From a virus (lineage: Duplodnaviria > Caudoviricetes), in the IMG/VR virus record IMGVR_UViG_3300025389_000099, positions 1 through 26,972 of that record: a stretch of 26,972 nt of DNA. One strand, 5' to 3'. Below the pieces are notes generated by a model. It worked only from the letters and a program-made list of their open reading frames with translations, was not told the DNA's origin and made no database searches. Made by a program: the position numbers and the translations under genes. Positions 18,024 through 25,216 of the stretch are shown here, piece by piece; the first letter of the stretch is position 1, and every line of letters starts with the position of its first letter.

Positions 18024-18848
18024 TTAGAAGTTTGTGGTAGTGGCGTCAGCAATCAAATACCCACCCGCAAAGATTGACCCTACAAATGGGCCGCCCGTAT
18101 TAGATTTCATTTGATACTGAATGTCCGTGCCGCCGGGATGTGCCGGAGCAACCGTGTACGGGATATTGAAGACTTGCACGAACGGCGATTGTGAAAGCAA
18201 CGTCGTGTTGCCATTCACAGTAAAATTATAACCATTTGACTGGATGGTGTTGGAAAGGTTGAACTTATTGTACTCGGCATAAAGCATATAGTTGCTTGAG
18301 GTAAAGCCGATGCTGGCGTTCGCTTGAACATATGTCAGATAGAACGTGTACCCTTTGGGAACCGTATAAAGCGACATCTGCGTTTGACCCACACCAGCAT
18401 TGATCTGAGCATAAAGAACGGTCGCAATCTTTGCCGTGATGTTGCCTGCATTCAGGCCATTAGTGACAAACAACCCATTGATGCGAAGATATGAATTAGT
18501 CGTGGTTGCAGTCCCAGAACCATTAAGCGTGACAAGCTCTGACAGAAGATTGAAATTAGCATCAAGACCGTCTACTTGGATAATTAACCCGGCGTCAGTA
18601 GCCCCAGAGGCACTTAAAAGAACGATCACGCCTGCGGATGATGGATAGGTGTAGGCACCGCCAGATTGCGTTAAACCTTCCCACAATGGGCCAAGGGCAG
18701 TTCCCGCAATCTGTGTGCTGTAACCAAATATCTCAACAGGCTGATGGTTTGTAATTTGACCGCGAGCAACTTGAAGCTCAAACGGCTCGTGCCTGCCGTT
18801 CTTGGTAATAGAGTCCCAGATGACGCCAGATTGAGACAACGTACCCAT
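18024..18848 (-). CDS. Virion structural protein (hypothetical)
   Basis: 274 aa, beta-rich, FELQVARGQI...GQTQMSLYTVPKGYT; AGGAG RBS. Confidence 0.7.
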   Translation of the reverse strand: MGTLSQSGVIWDSITKNGRHEPFELQVARGQITNHQPVEIFGYSTQIAGTALGPLWEGLTQSGGAYTYPSSAGVIVLLSASGATDAGLIIQVDGLDANFNLLSELVTLNGSGTATTTNSYLRINGLFVTNGLNAGNITAKIATVLYAQINAGVGQTQMSLYTVPKGYTFYLTYVQANASIGFTSSNYMLYAEYNKFNLSNTIQSNGYNFTVNGNTTLLSQSPFVQVFNIPYTVAPAHPGGTDIQYQMKSNTGGPFVGSIFAGGYLIADATTTNF

Positions 18849-18850
18849 TT

Positions 18851-19015
18851 TTAACTCCTTTTGCCAGCACGCGCAGCGGCTGCATTGTCAACCAAGTTAG
18901 GATAAGGCCGTCCAGCGGCTCTTGCCCTCGCTTTGGCTGACTGAATTTGTTTGCGGTTCAGATGCTTCTCTTTAGCATCTTTTGGCGCATCTTTCTCCCA
19001 GAAAGGCTTGTCCAT
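18851..19015 (-). CDS. Small basic protein (54 aa)
   Basis: Not in the track. MDKPFWEKDAPKDAKEKHLNRKQIQSAKARARAAGRPYPNLVDNAAAARAGKRS; TGATG-coupled to the endonuclease stop. Confidence 0.75.
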   Translation of the reverse strand: MDKPFWEKDAPKDAKEKHLNRKQIQSAKARARAAGRPYPNLVDNAAAARAGKRS

Positions 19016-19443
19016 CAGTGGATCTCCCCATACAAGTCCAACCCACTATTGTCTTTAACATACTTTGCAGCTTCTGGATCGTTGTTAGAAGCCAGAAGAT
19101 AGATGCGAGCATATTCAAGAAGGTCAGGGTCGTCGCGAAATAATCCCAAACCCTTATTGCACCTATTGCAAAGCATGCCGCGAATGGTGTTTTTCTTATG
19201 GTCATGGTCAACCACAAGATCTCCACCGTCTCCGCAGATTGTACAACAAATCGTGGTAGCAAGCACGTTTTTTAAAGCTTCGTCATCAATCATATCGCGA
19301 TATTGGCCGCGCCTAATTTCGCTTCGATATGAACTTCGACAGCCTCTGCACCAACTATCAAGACCATTGGCCTTGCGGTTGTGCAAAGGGAAAAACTCGG
19401 CGGTCGCCGGTTTCTTTTGATGGCAGCGAGTGCATTTTAGCAT
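19015..19443 (-). CDS. Endonuclease VII-family homing endonuclease with N-terminal zinc finger
   Basis: CTRC...WCRGC, then CTICG...VVDHDHK...IRGMLCNRCNKGLGLFRDDP. Likely start ATG 19443 overlapping the upstream stop. Confidence 0.88.
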   Translation of the reverse strand: MLKCTRCHQKKPATAEFFPLHNRKANGLDSWCRGCRSSYRSEIRRGQYRDMIDDEALKNVLATTICCTICGDGGDLVVDHDHKKNTIRGMLCNRCNKGLGLFRDDPDLLEYARIYLLASNNDPEAAKYVKDNSGLDLYGEIH

Positions 19444-19682
19444 TTGACGTTCCACTTTTTGAGCGCCAAATTGATCCGGCTATTAGGATCGTGCGCCGTT
19501 TTTGCAGAAGTCAATTTTTCCTTCATCCCGCACATTCTTGCGCGGAAGCTGTCCTTTCGGGAGCCACCCTCTGGCTGTGGGCGCTTAATATCATGGCCCT
19601 GCGCCCTGAGAGAGGCGCGGCCTTTTTCGTTCAGACCGCCAGAAGCGGACTTGCCCTCTTTTCGTGTCCAAGCACCTGACAT
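19437..19682 (-). CDS. Small basic conserved phage protein (DUF6321-like)
   Basis: WTRKEGKSASGGLNEKGRAS...RKDSFRARM...DPNSRINLALKKW; AGGAGGA RBS. Confidence 0.7.
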   Translation of the reverse strand: MSGAWTRKEGKSASGGLNEKGRASLRAQGHDIKRPQPEGGSRKDSFRARMCGMKEKLTSAKTAHDPNSRINLALKKWNVKC

Positions 19683-19696
19683 CACATCCTCCTAGC

Positions 19697-19721
19697 AAAA
19701 CGGGGGCACACGGCCCCCGTT
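19697..19721 (-). terminator. Intrinsic terminator-like hairpin
   Basis: AACGGGGGC-CGTGT-GCCCCCGTT followed by TT; the U tract is short. Confidence 0.55.
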
Positions 19722-19750
19722 AGTCTCACATTGGATCGGGGAGGACGATC

Positions 19751-20077
19751 TTAGTAGTGAGAGGACTTGGTGCGAGCGGTGCCAGAAGCAGCGGAGGAGA
19801 GAACCTTGCCACCGCTCATACGGGGCTTGCGGCCCGCATGGTGCTTGGAATGCTCACCTTCGATCTTGCCGACATGCTTCTTAGCCTTGCCGACATGCTT
19901 CTTGTGCATCTCATGCTCTTCGTGCATGGCATGGTGCTTGGCCTTGCCACCGCGCTTAAAGCCTTCCGACTTGCTCTTGGCTTCCTTGGCGACCTCAGAC
20001 TGACCGCCAGCGTAGAAGTCACCACCGAGAGACTTGTCGGGGCTATTCTTGGGTTCGAGTTTGAACTTACCCTTCAT
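19751..20077 (-). CDS. Small Lys/His-rich protein with GG motifs
   Basis: 108 aa, FKRGGKA and RMSGGKV motifs, KKHVGK duplication; GGAGG RBS. Confidence 0.8.
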   Translation of the reverse strand: MKGKFKLEPKNSPDKSLGGDFYAGGQSEVAKEAKSKSEGFKRGGKAKHHAMHEEHEMHKKHVGKAKKHVGKIEGEHSKHHAGRKPRMSGGKVLSSAASGTARTKSSHY

Positions 20078-20089
20078 GACATCCCTCCA

Positions 20090-20653
20090 TTAGGACGCAA
20101 GGTTGATGCCCTGAACATAGGTCACATGAAGTGTGCCGACGCCCGAGCCAGTGTTTGCGGAAGTGACGAACAACTGCACATCAGTAGGACCACCCGTCTG
20201 GAAGGTCGAGTTGCTGATGTTGTCCCAGTTGTAGATCTGGGCCGCAGTGGTCGGGGACAGCGAGAAGCGGCCAGCAGCAGAGCCGTCAACGCCAGTGGCG
20301 GTGAAAGCAGTAGCCGCAGTCGTTCCGGCGGTCGCGCCGACGCTGAACGTCTTGGTAGCCCCGGTCCAAGCAGTCGTCACCATCATAACAATGGAGAGGA
20401 TCTGGCTCTGGGCCGGGAGCGTGATGTCGGTTCCACCACTCGCCTGCGTGACAACAGCAGACTGGCACATAACCGCATAACCGAGGTTCTGGGTGCCAAT
20501 CGTGCCGCCGAGAGCAGCAAGATTGCCGGTGCCGTCACTGTTGATAACAGTGCCAGCGAGGACCGGGCCGGTGAAGGTGGTAGCCGGTGTAACCGGACTA
20601 CCGTTAGGGTTGGGGTAAAACCCCGGCTGGATGTCGTTGATGACGGTAGCCAT
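20090..20653 (-). CDS. Capsid-associated structural protein (hypothetical)
   Basis: 187 aa, TTFTGPV...ITLPAQSQILSI; follows the MCP. Confidence 0.7.
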   Translation of the reverse strand: MATVINDIQPGFYPNPNGSPVTPATTFTGPVLAGTVINSDGTGNLAALGGTIGTQNLGYAVMCQSAVVTQASGGTDITLPAQSQILSIVMMVTTAWTGATKTFSVGATAGTTAATAFTATGVDGSAAGRFSLSPTTAAQIYNWDNISNSTFQTGGPTDVQLFVTSANTGSGVGTLHVTYVQGINLAS

Positions 20654-20656
20654 TGG

Positions 20657-21154
20657 TTATCCTTTCGGAGTTAAGGTTACCACGTTTGGAGACTGTTCGG
20701 AATGCTTCTCAAGGTATTGGATGGCTGATAGGAGGATATTTTTGTCCTCTTTCAATTTTCCGATACCCATGTTGCAGTCCGCACAAAGAAGCCCTCTAAC
20801 AGCACCAGACTGGTGACAGTGATCGACCGCTAGAGCCTTCACCTTCCCCAATCTCGTTGCAGTTTCAGGTTGTTTGCAGATTGCACATGTTCCGTTTTGA
20901 GATTTAAAAAGATCAGAATACCCTTCAGGAGTTATCCCAAACCTTCTTTGCCTCTCTTTATCGGACAGTGCCTTTCTGTTTTCTTCCCGATACTGCTGTT
21001 GATAAGTTAGCTTTTGCAGATTTTTTTCAGGATTTTGCCGCAGTTTGAGCTTCGCCCTACGGTCAATTTCCTTCCATTTTTCAGGGTTTTCTCGACGATA
21101 TTTTGCCGATTTTTCCCTGTTTCTGCGCCTGCGTTCCTCATCAGATTGCTTCAT
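20657..21154 (-). CDS. Endonuclease VII-family homing endonuclease
   Basis: Start corrected to ATG 21154 after GGAGG. FGITPEGY...QNGTCAICK...LAVDHCH...VRGLLCADCNMGIGKLKED. Confidence 0.9.
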   Translation of the reverse strand: MKQSDEERRRRNREKSAKYRRENPEKWKEIDRRAKLKLRQNPEKNLQKLTYQQQYREENRKALSDKERQRRFGITPEGYSDLFKSQNGTCAICKQPETATRLGKVKALAVDHCHQSGAVRGLLCADCNMGIGKLKEDKNILLSAIQYLEKHSEQSPNVVTLTPKG

Positions 21155-21158
21155 TGTG

Positions 21159-21211
21159 ATTGCCCTCCAGTATAGAACTTGCATACTATACCAGAGGGCA
21201 ATTACGGTCAA
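21159..21211 (-). promoter_or_regulatory. RBS-sequestering hairpin with nested sigma70 promoter
   Basis: 17-bp stem (21159-21175 with 21186-21202) containing GGAGG; TTGACC(21206-21211)-17 nt-TAGTAT(21183-21188). Confidence 0.7.
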
Positions 21212-22126
21212 TTACGACGTGGGGAAGCTCCCGTAGATGCTTCTCCAATTGTAGTAACCAAAACTGTAACGTTCGTAACCCTTAACAAGAAGATTGTCAG
21301 TGACAAAATCGACCTGCATATCGCTTTCGAACTTCACTCGCTCCATGTACGACAGACCGTCGATGTTGGTCAGCAAGAACCAAGCATACGAAGAGGTCAA
21401 GAAGTCGTTGACCATGTAGCCTTCGGGCAGACCGCCTGCCGTCATCATAATGGCATTGACGTCATTGTCCGCAGTACCCGGACGCAGTTCCGTTTTTGTC
21501 AGACGGATAGCAACCGGCTCAAGCTGCGGGGGGACGATCAGCTTACGACCACGGGCGAAGATCTTCAGACCAGCCTGATCACGGAAGTTCGTGCGGATCG
21601 CGATCATGGCGTTCAGCAGCGTGGCTTCGTTCAGGTCAACCTGAGTGGAGGGCTGGTTCGCAATCGTCGCACCATCAATCGGATGGCTGGACGAGCAGAG
21701 AGCCACACCGTCACCGCCGACAGCCGAGTTGTACGTCTGAGCGGTGTTCAGGATGTTCGCGCCGTAGATTTCCTTGGTCTGATGGAAGCTCTCAATCAGG
21801 CCGAGGTTCGAAGGCATGAACTGGGTCTTGTAGAGGTTGTCGTCGATGGCCTTGCGGGTGATCGCGTAGCCGAGAGCAATTTCAGTATGCTCTTGGTTGT
21901 ACACGAAACGCTCGCCAGCGCTGTTGTCGAAAGCGGTCTGACCGCCTTCAGTCTTGAGCTGCGCCAAGCCAAGGAAACGCATCTCAGCGGTGCGCTCCAG
22001 AGCCATCTTCGACTCATGCTTGGTGAAGATCTTGTCGTACTGAGATGGGATCATCTCGTACTTGCCTTCAACCCCACGGAGACCGGGGAGGAGAAGGTCT
22101 TTAATGGCAGAAAGATTAACAGCCAT
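21212..22126 (-). CDS. Major capsid protein (Mu gpT-like, HK97 fold)
   Basis: 304 aa, LLLPGL, HTEIALGYAIT, GGDGVALCSSSHP, KLIVPPQL, GTADNDVNAI, NDFLT...WFLLT, ERYSFGYYNWRSIYGS. Confidence 0.9.
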   Translation of the reverse strand: MAVNLSAIKDLLLPGLRGVEGKYEMIPSQYDKIFTKHESKMALERTAEMRFLGLAQLKTEGGQTAFDNSAGERFVYNQEHTEIALGYAITRKAIDDNLYKTQFMPSNLGLIESFHQTKEIYGANILNTAQTYNSAVGGDGVALCSSSHPIDGATIANQPSTQVDLNEATLLNAMIAIRTNFRDQAGLKIFARGRKLIVPPQLEPVAIRLTKTELRPGTADNDVNAIMMTAGGLPEGYMVNDFLTSSYAWFLLTNIDGLSYMERVKFESDMQVDFVTDNLLVKGYERYSFGYYNWRSIYGSFPTS

Positions 22127-22141
22127 AGTTCCTACTCCTTG

Positions 22142-22759
22142 TTAGATGCCGGTCAACGACTTGGTAGCCACGTTGTTAAACGCGACGATCAAGCTGTTGT
22201 AGGCGGTTGTGGTGTCGTAACCGTTCTGACCAGCCCAAGGGCTGACGCCGACCGGGGAGTACCCAGCAAGGTTGACGATGCGGAAAGGAAGGGTGGAGGT
22301 CGTCGCAATCGTGCTGTAGTCAGCATAATAGGTAGACAGACCGTTGGAGGTGTTGCCGTTCGTGCCACCGACGCCGAAGCCGATGTTGTTGCCGATGGAG
22401 GCAAACGTCACGGGGCCACCATTGCCAGACTGCACAATGAACTGCGCATTCGGGTCATTGATGACGTAGGCGGTCACGGTGTTGCCAGAGGCAACGTCGC
22501 TGCCGGGCCAGTAGTTCGACCACACGGTGCGCTTCTGGCTGACCGAGAGATACTGGCAACCAATGAAGATGCCTGCGATCTGCACGGAGTTAGAAGAAGC
22601 CTGCGTGATGTAGCCGGTGTTGAGCTGAACTACAGGGTCGCCGGTGAAGATAGGGGTCGTGTTGTTGTACGCGATGAAAGCGACGGTCTGCTCATAGGTA
22701 GGCGCAGAACCCGTACCGCTCCACTGCCTGAAGCCAAATGGGGCTGAGGTATTAGCCAT
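22142..22759 (-). CDS. Capsid decoration/cement-like structural protein
   Basis: Start corrected to ATG 22759 (MANTSAPFGFR) after AGGAG. IFTGDPV, GIFIGCQY, VINDPNAQFIVQ; directly upstream of the MCP. Confidence 0.7.
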   Translation of the reverse strand: MANTSAPFGFRQWSGTGSAPTYEQTVAFIAYNNTTPIFTGDPVVQLNTGYITQASSNSVQIAGIFIGCQYLSVSQKRTVWSNYWPGSDVASGNTVTAYVINDPNAQFIVQSGNGGPVTFASIGNNIGFGVGGTNGNTSNGLSTYYADYSTIATTSTLPFRIVNLAGYSPVGVSPWAGQNGYDTTTAYNSLIVAFNNVATKSLTGI

Positions 22760-22871
22760 TGGAAGCTCCTGTGGGGAGCAATCTACAAACTCCGCGCCGG
22801 GGGAGCCGTAAATCAAGATAGTGTGAAGCTTTCGCGCCGGGGAAAGCTAACCAATGGTAGGTCTGTTTGGC

Positions 22872-22899
22872 ATATTATCACGCGCGTCACAAAAGTAAA
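22872..22899 (-). promoter_or_regulatory. Putative promoter of the capsid operon
   Basis: TTTACT-16 nt-TAATAT with extended -10 TG, overlapping the terminator U tract. Confidence 0.45.
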
Positions 22900-22922
22900 G
22901 GGCCACCTATTAAGATGGCCCT
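22891..22922 (-). terminator. Intrinsic terminator
   Basis: AGGGCCATC-TTAATA-GGTGGCCCT followed by TTACTTTT, downstream of the 196-aa gene. Confidence 0.65.
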
Positions 22923-22965
22923 CCACATGTTAGATCGAAACATTGTCAATGCACGAATTGACAAA

Positions 22966-23556
22966 TTAGGGGACGGGCAACGCTTCCCATCCTTTTTTGA
23001 TGTTGGGCTTCACCCTGTCGTGATCGCGCGTCATGGTGCCGTCTGGCGTACCAGCAAGCTGCGCTTCCTTGGCGCGGACCTGATCGCGAGCCTTGCGGCG
23101 CTCGATGGAGCGGGCTTCTTCCACAATCTCGGTGGGGCGCTCCATGAGGATCTGGCCCTTGCGCTCGATGTAAGCGCCAGTCCAGTTCATGGGCATCATA
23201 GCGCGATGCTTAGCGTCACGATTGAGCGGCACAGGCTCCCAACCAGCACGGGCTAGAGCCACGTTGTAGGATGGGTCTTCCGCACCAAGAAGCAAATGAC
23301 GCTTCCATTCATACGTCCAACCCTCTGGAACCATTTCTGGATCGACAAAGAACTCATCTACGCCTTCGTCCATAGAAATGTTGTGCCCACGCAATTCGGC
23401 GGCGCGACGAGCAGCGCGAGCGCGGGGATCTTCAGATGCCGCCTCTTCCCTCATAGGCTCTCTCATTTCTTCGCGGGGGATACCACCGAGACCACCTTCA
23501 AGGCCACCAGCAGGGCGGCTACGGCGGCGCGGAGCGTCTTCGTTAAAGTTTTCCAT
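22966..23556 (-). CDS. Conserved head-module protein of unknown function
   Basis: 196 aa, PEGWTYEWKR...GWEPVP...GQILMERP; AAGGAG RBS. Confidence 0.75.
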   Translation of the reverse strand: MENFNEDAPRRRSRPAGGLEGGLGGIPREEMREPMREEAASEDPRARAARRAAELRGHNISMDEGVDEFFVDPEMVPEGWTYEWKRHLLLGAEDPSYNVALARAGWEPVPLNRDAKHRAMMPMNWTGAYIERKGQILMERPTEIVEEARSIERRKARDQVRAKEAQLAGTPDGTMTRDHDRVKPNIKKGWEALPVP

Positions 23557-23567
23557 AGTCGTTCTCC

Positions 23568-24476
23568 TTAATGGGTGATCCGGCCTTCCTTCTGCAAGGC
23601 CATCAAGTTGTTGTAGTATTCCTTATCCGTCATGCCCAACGACTTGGCGGTTTCGGCTTGGGCAGGTGTCAGCCAACCCACGTTTTTGCGACCGCCATCG
23701 CGATTGACCGGGGCAGACGGAGGTGGGGCCTGTCTGGCGGCAGGCTTGGATGCTGAAGACATGGGCGACTCTCCTTGATCGTTTGCGTCGATGCCCAGAC
23801 GCTTTTCGATGAAACGGAAATAGTCATCCGTGTCAGGTTCAATGCCACGCTTAACGGCGCTTTCATGCGCGTTAAACATGTCGGTGATGTCCGTTTGATC
23901 CTTGAAGTGATCGCGGTTGCTCTTCAGCCATTGCGCAGACGGCTTAGACACTTGAGACATGATGTTCTCAATCATCTGCTTTGGCTTAAGAGCCTGCTGC
24001 GGCTGCGGAGGCACTGGAGGCTTGTTGCGAGCCTCTTCCTGCATCTTTAAGTGGCCGCTTTCCAGACGCCGCAGATCTTCTTCATTCTTGCTGAGAGCAG
24101 CAGTAATGCGAGCGCCAGTTTCGTAGTCGCCATTGCGCATGGCTTCTGCGTAGTTGGCGGTCAGGATCTCGTTGTCACGCTTCACTGTCTCAATAGCGTT
24201 GGCAACGAGGTGCATCTGGGTGTCTTCCACCTCAACGCTGGCCTTTTGGGCCTGAAAAGCAGCCAATCTTGCCCGCTCCTCAGCCTACTTACGGGCCTCC
24301 TTTTCTCTCTTCAGCTTCTTTTTAAGCTTCTCGATGGCTTTCTGAGGATCGTTTTCATTGCCCTCATCGTTTGACGGATCATCGGCGACAAGGATTTCAA
24401 TATCCTTGGACGGTTCTTCGGCTTTTGGAGGCTCCGGGGTCAGATCGACCGCGATCTTTTCAACATTTTCGTCCAT
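23568..24476 (-). CDS. Scaffolding-like protein interrupted by an in-frame TAG at 24285-24287
   Basis: The 63-aa and 232-aa ORFs share one frame: EKEARK*AEERARLAAFQAQK. Acidic N-terminus, coiled coil, and C-terminal LTPAQAETAKSLGMTDKEY typical of scaffolds. Confidence 0.7.
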
Positions 24477-24486
24477 TTTTTACTCC

Positions 24487-24891
24487 TCAGTACACTTCAT
24501 CGGGGTCTTGGATACGCGCCTTGATTTGCCCGTCCTTCATTACCCGGCAAAGGACGCCGTGAACGGTAATCGACCACCCATCAGAGGGGCGAAAAACCAG
24601 CCAATCCTGACTCGGCGTAAAAGTTTCTCCAGCAAACCAGCCCTGATCGTTGGGCTCGAAGGCATTTGGCCCTGCCGCCAGCAGCAAACCAACCTTGGAC
24701 TGAAATTTGTCTTCCGCGACGGTGTTGTCCGTCATGAAAAACTCTTTGCCGCCCAGCATGGTCTTGTTCGGTCGCATATAAACACCGACCAAGACCTCAT
24801 TATTGAACAGCTTGATGCTGCTAAGATCTCCAACATCGTCGAGGATCTTTTGTCGTGGATCGACCTCGTGGTGAATTTTAATGTATGGCAT
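24487..24891 (-). CDS. GroES-like co-chaperonin
   Basis: Start ATG 24891. NEVLV...PNKTMLGGK...KVGLLLAAGPNAF...DWLVFRPSDG...VMKDGQI; located in the head module. Confidence 0.7.
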   Translation of the reverse strand: MPYIKIHHEVDPRQKILDDVGDLSSIKLFNNEVLVGVYMRPNKTMLGGKEFFMTDNTVAEDKFQSKVGLLLAAGPNAFEPNDQGWFAGETFTPSQDWLVFRPSDGWSITVHGVLCRVMKDGQIKARIQDPDEVY

Positions 24892-24901
24892 TAGTTCCCC
24901 C

Positions 24902-25114
24902 TTACCTGTTGCGCTCACCACCATTGGCAAGACGCTCCGCTTCGTCGAGCAGCTCTAAAGCCGTTCGAAGACCCTCAATAGTTCCGACATGGTGACGATA
25001 GGCGGGAAAGTCAAACGTGGCGCTTGCCGTCACTAGGACTTCCTTGCGCCGTTCGATCTCTTCCTTGATGAGCTTAGTTAGCTCGTGCTGATAAAATGAC
25101 GAATAAGTTTGCAC
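24902..25114 (-). CDS. Small hypothetical protein
   Basis: 70 aa, GTG start after GAGGGG; DFPAYRHHVGTIEGLRTA. Confidence 0.7.
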   Translation of the reverse strand: MQTYSSFYQHELTKLIKEEIERRKEVLVTASATFDFPAYRHHVGTIEGLRTALELLDEAERLANGGERNR

Positions 25115-25216
25115 AACCGCCCCCTCGCGGCCCCCTCGATATGTAAAGGGGTGACAGTCCCGAGGGGGGCCGGATCTGTCACCCCAACATCCGCAACGAC
25201 CGAACGCCGCGAATTG

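Noticed and set aside
3489-21154. Group I introns or inteins housing the endonucleases
   Set aside because: Flanking genes look complete, the endonucleases abut or overlap them, and there is no room for ribozyme cores.
21179-22747. 522-aa plus-strand ORF
   Set aside because: Antisense shadow of the MCP and decoration genes caused by biased codon usage; no RBS or recognisable motifs.
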